This document shows, piece after piece, positions 52,501 to 64,000 of a stretch of DNA of 64,000 bases. The position numbers and the translations under genes were made by a program. How positions within the stretch are numbered: the first letter of the stretch is position 1; every line of letters begins with the position of its first letter. Origin of the DNA: Mobula hypostoma (lineage: Eukaryota); NCBI RefSeq assembly GCF_963921235.1, contig NC_086101.1, forward strand, positions 8,806,001 to 8,870,000, given 5' to 3'. Below the pieces are notes generated by a model. The model saw only the letters and a program-made list of their open reading frames with translations, was not told the origin of the DNA and searched no databases.

Positions 52501-53960
52501 TTTTACAACTCTCTTAGCCCTTATACAATTATGCTGAAAAGTGGCCCTTTTTAATGCTTGCCCTGGATTTGTCGGCCTGCCACTTTTACTTTTCTCCTTA
52601 GTACATTTTGCTTCTACCCTCACTTTACACCCCTCTGTCTCTCTGCACTGGTTCCCATCCTCCTGTTGTGAACTAACCTCCTCACGCCTAGCCTCCAATT
52701 TGATTCCCACCCCCCAATCATTCTAGTTTAAAGTCACCTCAGTAGCCCCCGCTAATCTCCCTGCCAGGATATTGGTCCCCCTGGGATTCAAGTGTAACCC
52801 GTCCTTTTTGTACAGGTCACGCCTGCGTCAAAAGAGGTCCCAATGATCCAAAAACTTGAATCCCTGCCCCCTGCTCCAATCCCTCAGCCACGCATTTATC
52901 CTCCACCTCATCGCATTCCTACTCTCACTGTCGCGTGGCACAGGCAGTAATCCCGAGATTACTACCTTTGCGGTCCTTTTCTGCACTCCCTTCCTAGCTT
53001 CCTATATTCTCCTTTCAGGACCTCATCCCTTTTCCTACCTATGTCATTGGTACCTATATGTACCACGACCTCTGGCTCCTCACCCTCCCACTTCAGGATA
53101 TCTTGGACACGATCAGAAATATCCCGGACCCTGGCACCAGGGAGGCAAACTATCATCCAGGTCTCTGGACTGCGTCCACAGAATCGCCTATCTGACCCCC
53201 TTACTATCGAGTCCCCTATCACAACTGCCCTCCTCTTCCTTGCCCTACCCTTCTGAGCTACAGGGCCAGACTCTGTGCCGGAGGCACGGCCACTGTCGCT
53301 TCCCCCGGGTAAGCTGTCCCCCCCAACAGTACTCAAACAGGAGTACCTGTTGTTAAGGGGCACAGCCACCGGGGTACTCCCTATCACCTGACTTTTCCCC
53401 TTCCCCCCCTAACCGTGACCCACTTGTCTGCCTCCCGTGGCCCCGGCGTGACCACCTGCCTGCAACTCCTCTCTATCACCTCCTCACTCTCCCTGACCAG
53501 ACGAAGATCATCGAGCTGCAGCTCCAGTTCCGTAACGCGGTCCCTTAGGAGCTGCATCTCGATGCACTTGGCGCAGATGTAGACGTCCGGGAGGCTTGGA
53601 GACTCCAGGGCCTCCCACATCCGACACCGAAAATAGCAAACTGCCCTCACACTCATAATGCCCCTCTCCTCAAATAACAACAGAAAATGAATGTCAAACC
53701 TTCCTCGCCTCGCCCGCTTCCGCCTAAGCCCGTTGAGCCGAAGCCCTTAGGTCTTCACTCTGCTCCCGGCTCACTCCGCAGCCCGCAAACTACGCTGCCC
53801 GCTCTATGAGGCTTTGTTCCTTTTAAATCTGCCGCGCTGCACTGCCCGACGTCACACGCCTGCGCAGTCCTGCCTCTCAGAAAGCCGTTGGAGAAAAAAA
53901 ATAACGAAAATTTCAAAAATGTCTTTCTCGGCACTCCCACTCAGACTCTCAGACTCATTC
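49595..53960 (-). mobile_element. Near full-length young CR1 LINE (5' UTR, ORF1 53656-52723, ORF2 ~52710-49700, tail), disabled by a few stops and frameshifts
   Basis: ORF1 with Cys motifs, leucine zipper and GDS/HIGTND SGNH esterase; ORF2 NARS, ETW, GDFN, SDH, GVPQGS, FADD; (TTTCTATG)n tail. Confidence 0.95.
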
Positions 53961-53964
53961 TTCG

Positions 53965-56878
53965 AATCTTATGGTGAGGAATAAAGTGTAAGAAACAACA
54001 CGATTGTGGGCGGAAGCGCTCACGTAGGACCAGCAGGGTTACAAGCGCATTTAAGGAAACGGGATCTAAACTGCCTATACCGACTATCTTGCTGTTGAAC
54101 GTGCAGTTTCTGGTGAATAAAATCGATGATCTCAGAACTAGGGTGCTGAATCAGCGGGTGTGTCCTTTGTTTCATGGAATCCTGGTTAACCCCTTCCATA
54201 CCGGATGCAGCGATTCCGATCGACGGGTTTACTACACACCGTCAGGATAGATCTATAGATTCTCTCAAAAGCAGGGCTGGAGGAGTATGCTTCATGAGCA
54301 ACTCTTCCTGTGCACAAATATATCAGTGCTGTCCCAATTCTGCTCACCAGACCTGGAATATCTAGCAGTAAAGTGCTGTCCTTTTCATCTACCATGGGAG
54401 TTCTCTGGGGTCATTTTGGTAGCAGTAAACATTCCACCTCAGGCCAATGTCAAGCAGGCTTTAGATGATCTGAGCAATGGGATCAACATGCACGAAACAG
54501 CGCAGCCTAACGCATTCACCATCGTTTTGGGAGAATTTAACCAGGTCAGTCTGAAAAAAATCACGAAGCAACCACTATCTATAGATCATTTGCAATACCA
54601 GAGGAAAAAACACACTGGCCCATTGCTACAGCACCATCAAGGATGTCTGCCGTGCTATTCCATGCCCTCACTTTGGGAAGTCTGATCACTTGGCTGTACT
54701 TCTACTCCCTCAGTACAGGCAGAGACGGAAACTACAGCTCCAACAGTGAGAAGCAAGAAGGTTTGGACAAGGGAAGCACAGGAGAGCCTACAGGACTGCT
54801 TTGAATCGGTGGACTGGACTGTATTCAGGAATTCATCTTCGAACCTGGATGAGTATGCTGCAGTTGTTACCGACTTCATCAAAACCTGTGTGGATGAGTG
54901 TGTGCCTAAAAGACTTACTGTACATTCCTAAAGCAAAAGTCGTGGATGAACCAGGAGGTACGTCATCTGCTGAATGTCAGATCTGTGGCATTCAAGTCTG
55001 GCAACTCAGGGCTGTACCAGAAAACCAGATATGATTAGTGGAAGGCTATTTCTAGTGTAAAGAGACAATTTCGAACAGGATTGTAGGCGACATCGGATGC
55101 ACGGCAACAGGGTCTGCAAGACATTACTTCCTACAAAGTGAAACCCAATAGCATGAATGGCAGCGATGCCTCACTACCAGATGAACTCAACACTTTCTAT
55201 GCACGCTTTGAAAGGGAGAACACAACTACAGCTGTGAAGATCCCTGCTGCACATGATGACACTGTGATCTCTGAATCAGAGGCCGATTTGAGACTGTCTT
55301 TAAAGAGAGTGAACCCTCGCAAGGCAGAAGGTCCCGATGGAGTACATGGTAAGGCTCTGAAAACCTGTGCCAACCAACTAGTGGGAGTATTCAAGGACAT
55401 TTCAACCTCTCACTGCTACGGGCGGAAGTTCTCACTTGCTTCAAAAAGGCAACAATTATACCAGTGCCTAAGAAGAAGAATGTGGGCTTCGTTAACGAAT
55501 ATTGCCTGGTAGCACTCACATCGACAGTGATGAAATGCTTTGAAAGATTGGTCATGGCTAGACTGAACTCCTACCTCAGCAAAGACTTGGACCCATTGCA
55601 ATTTGCCTATCGCCACAACAGGTCAATGGCAGACGCAATCTCAATGGCTCTCCACATGGCTTTAGACCACCTGGACAAGACAAACACCTACGCCAGGATG
55701 CTGTTCATTGACTGTAGCTCAGCATTTAATGCCATCATTCCTACAATCCTGATTGAGAAGTTGCAGAACCTGGGCCTCTGTACCTCCCTCTGCAATTGGA
55801 TCCTTGACTTCTTAACCAGAAGACCACAATCTGTGTGGATTGGTGACAATATATCCTCCCCACTGATCAACACTGGCGCACCGCAGGGGTGTGTGCTTAG
55901 CTCACTGCTCTACTCTCTATATACCCATGACTGTGTGGCTAGGCATAGCTCAAATACCATCAATAAATTTGCTGGCAATACAACCATTGTTGGTAGAATC
56001 TCAGATGGTAGCAAGAGGAAGTACAGGAGTGAGATATGCCAACTAGTGGAGTGGTGCCACAGCAACAACATGGCAACTAACATCAGGAAGATGAAAGAGC
56101 TGATTGTGGACTTCAGGAAGTGTAAGACGAAGGAACTCATACCATTCCTCGTAGAGGGATCACAAGTGGAGAGAGTGAGCAGTTTCAAGTTCCTGACTGT
56201 CAAGATCTCTGAGGATCTAAGCTGGTCCCAACATATTGATGTAGTTAAAAAGAAGGCAAGACAGTGGCTATACTTTATTAGGAGTTTGAAGAGATTTGGC
56301 ATGTCAACAAATACACTCAAAAACTTCTATAGTTGTATCATGGAGAGCATTGACAGACTGCGTCACTGTCTGGTATGGAGGGGCTGCTGCACAGGACCGG
56401 AGGAAGTTACAGAGGGCTGTAAATCTAGTCAGCTCTATCTTGAGTACTAGCCTACAAAGTACCCAGGACGTCTTCAGGGAGCCGTGTCTCGGAAAGGCAG
56501 CGTCCATTATTAAGGACCTACAGCACCCAGGACATGCCCTTTTCTCACTGTTACCATCAGGTAGGAGGTACAGAAGCCTGAAGGCACTCACTCAGCGATT
56601 CAGGAACAGCTTCTTCCCCTCTGCCATAGGATTCCTAAATGAACATTGAATCTTTGGACACTAGCTCACTTTTTATTTAATATACAATATTTCTGTTTTT
56701 GCACTTTTTAAAAAATCTATTCAATATATGTATACTGTAATTGATTTACTTGTTTATTTATTATTAATTTTAGTTTTTTCTCTCTGATAGATTATGTATT
56801 GCATTGAGCTGTTGCTGCTAAATTAACAAATTTCACGTCACACTCCGGTGATAATAAACACGATTCTGATTCTGATTC
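53965..56878 (+). mobile_element. Rex1/Babar-type LINE, decayed
   Basis: [52 protein letters not shown] followed by (GATTCT)n tail. Confidence 0.88.
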
Positions 56879-57849
56879 AATGTTCCGGGCCGAGACCCTT
56901 CAACTGGATCGTGAACATCTCGCCCTGATGAAGAGGTTCAGTCCGAAAAGTCAACTCTTATTTGTCGCCATGGATGCTGCCTGATCTGTTGATTTCCTCC
57001 AGCATTTTGTGAGTGTTACTCTGCATTTCCAGTATTTGCAAAATCTCGTGTATTCATGCATAACAAGCTGCAAACAGTGCTGGCATTTACAGGGAAATAA
57101 AGAAAACAACCAAGACTGACAACTAATCAATGTGCAAACGAAGATAAATTGTTCAAATAAATAAAAATATACTGAGAACATCGCTTGCAAAGAGTAGTTG
57201 AAACTGAGTTTGTAAGTTGTAGGACCGGTTCAGAGTTGTGGTGAGTGAGTTATCCACGCTGGTTCAGGAGCCTGATGTTTGTCGGGTAATAACTGTCCCT
57301 GAACCTGGTGATGTGGGACTTCTGGTAGAAGCAAAAAGCGAGCATATCCTGATGGTGGGTGTCCTTGATGATGGATGTTGCTTTGTTGTGGCAGTGCTCC
57401 ATGTAAATGTGCTCAGCACTGAGCATCCCTACCACCCATCCCACAATCTCTTTGACCACGACTGTCAGGAAGGAGGTACAAAAGCTTCAGGACTAGGACT
57501 GTCAGCCTGGATAACAGCTTCTTCCCTCAGGCTGTGAGACTATGAAAACCCTGTCACCACCGAGGTCTCATCACTGGGATAATGGGCTGTTTACACTTCA
57601 CCTGTCCTGTGCTTTAATGTATGTATTTTTAATTATATTTCATAATCTTGTTAAGCGTGTAATATTTTGGTTTATATACTGTGTATGATAGATGTTGTAT
57701 GTGTGCGCCATGGTCCGGAGGAACGTTGTTTCGTTTCGTTGTATACATGTATATTTAGATGACAGTAAACTTGAAATTGAAAGGACATACCTTCAGTAAA
57801 TGTGTGGCCATAGGATTGCAGCAGGGAGCAGGGATTCAGATTATTGGAC

Positions 57850-60358
57850 TATTGGGATCTCTACTGGGGCAGATGTGAAGTGCACAAAAAGGACAAGTTG
57901 CACTTGAATCCGCAGAGGACCAATATCCGGATGGGGAGGTTTGCTGGTGCTATTGGGGAAGGTTTAAACTAGATTTTCAGGAGGTGGGAACCGAAGTGAA
58001 GAGGCAGAGGATGGGGAGGTTGGAGCACAAGGAGAGACAGCTTGTAGAGAGTTTGTAAAGAGAGGTTGTACTTGATCTGGTATTGGGAAAAGAACCTGGT
58101 CAGATGTCAGATCTCTTGGACAGCATTTTCCAGGTAGTGACCACAACTCTATCTCCTTCACCATAGCGCTGGAGAGGGATAAGAACAGACAATTTGGGAA
58201 AACATTTAATTGGTGGAGGGAGAAATATAATGTTATTAGGCAGGAACTTGGGAGCATACATTGAGAGCAGACGTTCTCAGGGAAACGAACGGCACAAATG
58301 TGGCAAATGTTCAGGGAACATTTGCATGGAGGTCTGCATAGTTCCGTTCAGGCAGGGAAAGGATGGTAGGGTTAAAGAACCATGGTGTACGAAGGATGTA
58401 GAAGATCTAGTTAATAAGAAAAGAAAAGAAAAGCTTGTGAAAGTTTCCAGAAACTAGGTACTGTTAGAGCTCTAGGAAATTACAAGTTTGCTAGGAAGGA
58501 GTTTAAGAATGGAATTAGGAGAGCCAGAAGGGACCATGAGAAGGCCTTGGTGAGCAGGATTAAGGAAACCCCCAAGGCATTCTACAAGTATGTGAAGAGC
58601 AAGAGAATGAGCTATGTGAGAATAGGATCAATCAGGTGTGATAGGGAAACGTGTGCATGGGGTCGGAGAAGGTAGCAGAGGTATTAATGAATACTTTGCT
58701 TCAGTCTTCACCAGGGAAAAAGACATTGACAATTGTGGGGATTACTTACAGTGGACTGAAATGCTTGAACATATAGACATTGAGAAAGAGGATGTGCTGG
58801 AGCTTTTGAAAAACATTAAGTTAGGTAAGTCACCGGGACCGGATGTGATATACCCCAGGCTACTGTGGGAAGCGGGGGAGGAGATTGCTGAGCACCTTGC
58901 GATAATTTTTGTGTCATCAATTGGGAAGGGAGAAGAACTAGAGGACTGGCGAATTGAAAATGTTGTTAACTTGTTCAAGAAAGGGAGTCTATAACCCAAG
59001 AAATTGTTGACCAGTGAGCCTGACGTCAGTGCTGTGAAATTTGTTGAAGATCCTGAGTGGCAGGGTTTATGAGCATGTGGAGAGACGTAATCTGATTAGG
59101 GAGAGTCGGCAGGGCCTTGTCAAGGGCAGGTCATGCCTTACGAGCCTGATTGAATTATTTGAGGAAGTAGAATAGCACATTGAAGGTAGAGCAGTGGATG
59201 TAGTGTATATGGATTTCAGTAAGGCATTTAATAAGTTCCCCATGGAAGGCTCCTTCAGAAAATAAAGAGGCAAGGGATCCAAGGAGACTTTGCTTTGTGG
59301 ATCCAGGACTGGCTTGCCCACTGAAGACATAGGGGAGCTGTAGATATTCTGCATGGAGGTCAGTGAACAGTGGTGTTCCATGGGAATCTGTTCTGGGGCC
59401 CCTCCTCTTTTTGATTTTTATAAATGACCTGGATGAAGAAGTAGAACGGTGCGTTACTAAGTTTTCTGATGAAACAAAGGTTGGGAATGTTGTGGATAGC
59501 CTGGACGGTTGCCAGAGGTTACAGCGGGACATCAATAGGATGCAGAACAGAGCTGAGAAGTGGTAAATGACTTCAACCCAGATAAGAGTGAAGTAGCTAA
59601 TTTTGGTACGTCAAATTTGAAGACAGAATATAATATTAATAGAAAGATTCCTGGCAGTTTAGTAGATCTGACAGATCTTGGGGTCCATGTCCATAGGACA
59701 CTCAGAGCTGCTGAGCAGGGTGACAGTGTTGTTAAGAAGGCATATTGTGTGTTTGCATTCATCAACCGTGGGATTACGTTCAAGAGCCGTGAGGTAATGT
59801 TACAGCTATATGAGACCTTGATCAGACCTCCTTGCTGTGTTCATTTATGTACAGGAAGGATGTGGATGATACAGAGAGAGTGCAGAGGAGATTTATAAGG
59901 ATGTTGTCTGGATTGGAGGGCGTACCTAATGTGAATAGAATGAATGAACTTAGCCTTTTCTCCTTGGAGTAATGTGGGATGATAGGTGATATGATAGAGG
60001 TGTATACGATAATGAGGGACATTGATCGTGTGGCAGTCAGAGGTTTTTATCCCAAGGCTGAAATGGCTAACACGGGGGTGGGGTATAGTTTCAAGGTGCT
60101 TGGAGATAAGTGGCGAGGGGATGTCAGGGGTACATTTTTCCACACAGAGAGTGGTGGGTGCGTGGAATGCACTGCCGATGGTGGTGGTGGAAGCGGATAC
60201 GATATGGTCTTTTAGGAGTCTCTTAGATAGGTACGTGGAGCTTAGAAAAATAGAAGGCTATGCAGTAGGGAAATTCTAGGCAGTTTCTAGAGGTTATATG
60301 CTTGGCAAACTGTAGTGGGCCAAAAGGGCCAGTAATGTGCTATAGATTTCCATGTTCT
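57850..60358 (+). mobile_element. Heavily decayed CR1 LINE with internal deletions
   Basis: LHLNP, KSPGPD, GVPWESVLGP, FSDETK, GDMIEVY motifs in order. Confidence 0.85.
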
Positions 60359-60779
60359 GCGCCAAATTTCCTTGGCCTACTGGGGAGGAAGAGGCACTGG
60401 TGCACTTTCTTGGCCGTTTTCCTTGTTACCATAAATGGCTTCCACTGATCTAACCAGTTACTGTTGTTCTCTCAAGCTTCCTGCTTTGTTCACCATCTCC
60501 AGAGACAGAAATCTGGTTTATCTGACGCTCCGAATTACTGTCAGTCACCACAAGGGGGCGATGAGAGATCGTCTGCCCATTGTTGTCACGTGGGATTCGG
60601 CTCGACAACTGTGCGACCAGGAGGAGCCACTGTTGAGAAGCCCCCTCCGAGTCTGACTGTGTCTGGGGATGGTGGGGTGGGTTGGGGGTGGGGGGTGGGG
60701 GGAGGGCGGTCACTGCAGGAAGTCAGCAACAGACAAGCGCTTTCGGTAAGTCAATACTCAGTAAGAATGTACTGAGATG

Positions 60780-61205
60780 CGTTTCCTAAAATGAGATAAA
60801 GGGACACTGACAACGGCAGATGTATTGTACACAGGACAATTACAAATGCTGACAACTCTAAATTTCTCAGGGTTAATATTTTGCATGTCCTGTTCCAGGC
60901 CCAACACGTAAACACAATTACGAAGAAAGCACGGCAGGGCCTCCACATTCTTAGGAATTTGCAGAGATCCAGCAGGATATCTAAAACTTTAACAAAGTTC
61001 TGTAAATGTGTAGTGGAGAGTATATTGACTGGCTACATCGCAGGGTGAGATCCAGTGGATCCAGCCCATTCCATCATGAGTGAACCCCTCCACTCCATTG
61101 AGCACATCATCATGAAACACGATCGCAGGAAATCAGCCTTCATCATCAGGGACCCCCAACACCACGGGCATGCACTTTTCTCACTGCTGCCATGAGGACG
61201 AAAAT
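60780..61205 (+). mobile_element. Decayed Rex1/Babar-type LINE fragment
   Basis: KKARQGLHILRNL..CVVESILTG..IIRDPQHHGHALFSLLP, similar to 56200-56580. Confidence 0.7.
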
Positions 61206-61238
61206 ACAGTATCAGGAAAAGTTACGGAGAGAACGCTA

Positions 61239-61522
61239 GGAAGATTATCTCAGTTACGAGTCCGGGAAAGGTTCATTTCACAAGTCGGAGTCCACGTCCC
61301 GTCTCTATCTTCATTGGAAATAAATTCACGGGGAAACTTTATCCTTTCTTCTGGACTTGGCATAAAAAACCAGTGGCTGGGAATCTGCTCCGGTTCCGCT
61401 CCGGGTCTGGTCTCGTCCCGGGACCGGGGTCAGGAGTAACTCGATGTCAATATAAGTGTGTAGAGAATGAAATAAACAGGAATTATAGATCCATTAATTT
61501 TAATGTGTTCACTGCATCCACC
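61239..61522 (+). pseudogene. Remnant of a paralogous TRIM gene (3' end of SPRY exon plus 3' UTR)
   Basis: Collinear with the reverse complement of ~16343-16642 (shared GGGAAACTTTATCCTTTCTTCTGGACTTGG and GAATCTGCTCCGGTTCCGCTCCGGGTCTG); small indels shift the frame and the stop codon is lost. Confidence 0.9.
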
Positions 61523-61585
61523 AGCGGAACAGAAATACTGCGTATTCAGTAGCAGAAGTATTCAGTAGTAGAAGATTATAAAGCT

Positions 61586-64000
61586 AACACGAGGAATTCT
61601 ACAGATGCTGGAAATTCAAGCAACACACATCAAAGTCGCTGGTGAATGCAGCAGGCCAGGCAACATCTCTAGGAAGAGGTACAGTCGACGTTTCGAGCCG
61701 AGACCCTTCGTCAGGACTAACTGAAGGAAGAGCTAGTAAGAGATTTGAAATTGGGAGGGGGAGGGAGGGATCCAAAATGATAGGAGAAGACAGGAGGGGG
61801 AGGGATGGAGCCAGGTGATTGGCAAAAGGGATATGAGAGGATCATGGGACAGGAGGCCCAGGGAGAATGAAAAGGGAGGGGGGGGGGAACCCAGAGGATG
61901 GGCAAGGGGTATTGTCAGAGGGCCAGAGGGAGAAAAAAGAGAGGGGAAGAATGTGTGTATATAAATAAATAACGGATGAGGTACGAGGGGGAGGTGGGGC
62001 ATTAGCGGAAGTTAGAGAAGTCAATGTTCATGCCATCAGGTTGGAGGCTACCCAGACGGAATATAAGGTGTTGTTCCTCCAACCGGTATGTGGCTTCATC
62101 TTGACAGTAGAGGAGGCCGTGGATAGGCATGTCAGAATGGGAATGGGATGTGGAATTAAAATGTGTGGCCACTGGGAGATCCTGCTTTCTCTGTCGGACA
62201 GAACGTAGGTGTTCAGCAAAACGATCTCCCAGTGTGCGTCAGGTCTCACCAATATATAGAAGGCCACATCGGGAGCCCCGGACGCAGTATATCACCCCAA
62301 CCGACTCACAGGTGAAGTGTCGCCTCACCTGGAAGGACTGTCTGGGACCCTGAATGTTGGTAAGGGAGGAAGTGTAAGGGCCTGTGTAGCACTTGTTCCG
62401 CTTACAAGGATAAGTGCCAGGAGGGAGATCAGTGAGAGTAATGGGGAACCGAATGGACAGGGGAGTCGCTTAGGGAGCGATCCCTGCAGAAAGCAGAGAG
62501 GGGGGAGGGAAAGATGTGCTTAGTGGTGGGATCCCGTTGGAGGTGGCGGAAGTTACGGAGAATAATATGCTCGACCCGGAGGCTGGTGGCGTGGTAGGTG
62601 AGGACCAGGGGAACCCTATTCCTAGTGAGGTGGCGGGAGGATAGGGTGAAAGCAGATGTGCGTGAAATGGGAGGGATGCGTTTGAGAGCAGAGTTGATGG
62701 TGGAGGAAGGGAAGCCCCTTTCTTTAAAAATGGAGGACATCTCCCTCCTCCTGGAATGAAAAGCTTCATCCTGAGAGCAGATGCGGCGGAGACGGAGGAA
62801 TTGCGGGAAGGGGATGGCATTTTTGCAAGAGACAGGGTGAGAAGAGGAATAGTCCAGATAGCTGTGAGAGTCAGTAGGCTTATAGTAGACATCAGTAGAT
62901 AAGCTGTCTCCAGAGATAGAGACAGAAAGATCTAGAAAGGGAAGGCAGGTGTCAGAAATAGACCAGGTAAACTTGAGGGCAGGGTTAAAGTTGGAGGCAA
63001 AGTTAATAAAGTCAACGAGTTCTGCATGCGTGCAGGAAGCAGCGCCAATGCAGTCGTCGATGTAGCGAAGGAAAAGTGGGGGACAGATACCAGAATAGGT
63101 TTGGATCATAGATTGTTCCACAAAACCAACAAAAAGGCAGGCATAGCTAGGACCCATACGGGTGCGCATAGCTACACCTTTTGTTTGGAGGGTGTGGGAG
63201 GAGCCAAAGGAGAAATTATTAAGAGTAAGGACTACTTCCGCTAGACGGAGCAGAGTGGTGCTAGAGTGGAACTGATTAGGTCTGGAATCTAAAAGAAGCG
63301 GAGAGCTTTGAGACCTTCCTGATGGGGGATGGAAGTATATAAGGACTGGACATCCATGGTGAAGATAAAGCAGTGGGGGCCAGGGAACTTAAAATCATCG
63401 AAAAGTTTAACGGCGTGAGAAGTGTCACGAACATAGGTAGGAAGGGGTGAACAAGTGGGGGATAAAACAGTGTCGAGGTATGCAGAAACGAGTTCGGTGG
63501 GGCAGGAGCAAGCTGAGACAACAGGTCTGCCAGGACAGGGAGGTTTGTGGATCTTGGGTAGGAGGTAGAAACGGGAAGTGCGAGGTGTGGGAACTATAAG
63601 GTTGGTAGCAGCGGATGGGAGATCCCTTGAGCGGATAAAGTCGGTGGTGGTGTGGGAGAAAATAGCCTGGTTCTCCTTAATGGGGTCACGATCGAGGGGT
63701 AAGTAAGAGGAGGTATCCGCGAGTTGTCGCTGTGCCTCAGCAAGGTAGAGGTCAGTACGCCAGACTACAACAGCACCCCCCTTATCGGCGGGTTTAATAA
63801 TAAGGTTAGGATTAGTGCGGAGGGAGTGGAGAGCAGAGCGTTCCGAAGGAGTGAGGTTGGAATGGGGACAAGGTGCGGTGAAGTCGAGACGGTTGATGTC
63901 CCGTCGGCAGTTAGCGATAAAGAGATCCAGAGCAGGCAGAAGACCAGAGCGGGGTGTCCATGAAGAAGAGGAGGGTTGAAGACGGGAGAAGGGGTCATCG
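61586..64000 (-). mobile_element. Penelope-like retroelement (RT and GIY-YIG endonuclease), decayed, running off the window end
   Basis: MDVQSLYTSIP, MGPSYAC, FLRYIDD, FLDL, YYKPTD; PCKRNKC..HFTC..VIYC..YIGET; LEEQHLIFRLGSLQP; 3' terminal repeat at ~61586-61720. Confidence 0.92.
61682..61719 (-). ncRNA. Minimal type I hammerhead ribozyme in the Penelope terminal repeat
   Basis: Minus strand UAGUC-CUGACGA-A-GGGU(CUCG)GCUC-GAAA-CG-UC/GACUG: intact catalytic core, stem I AGUC/GACU, stem II, palindromic ACGU in place of stem III. Confidence 0.8.

Overview
This is eukaryotic DNA, most likely from a cartilaginous fish (inferred from the repeat families and the TRIM exon layout). It is dominated by nested retroelements around one apparently intact host gene. 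That gene is a six-exon TRIM (RING / B-box / coiled-coil / PRY-SPRY) on the minus strand (CDS 24566->16467, 471 aa after splicing at canonical GT-AG sites), with an IRF/ISRE-type motif just upstream of its ATG. A disabled, oppositely oriented paralogous 3' remnant lies at ~61.2-61.5 kb. The rest comprises many CR1 LINEs (one near full length), Rex1/Babar-type LINEs, two decayed Ty3/Gypsy elements, a miniature non-autonomous chromovirus-type LTR element with a related solo LTR, another solo LTR, tRNA-derived SINEs and a Penelope-like element. The most notable structural signals are a minimal hammerhead ribozyme in the Penelope terminal repeat with decayed and fold-back copies, a Tf1-style self-priming signature in the miniature LTR element, and an intact -1 frameshift cassette in a Gypsy. 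No prokaryotic genes, rRNA, true tRNA or CRISPR arrays were found. These signals fit known classes of mechanism, and I cannot support a wholly new biological system. Repeat boundaries without a stated TSD or terminus are approximate.
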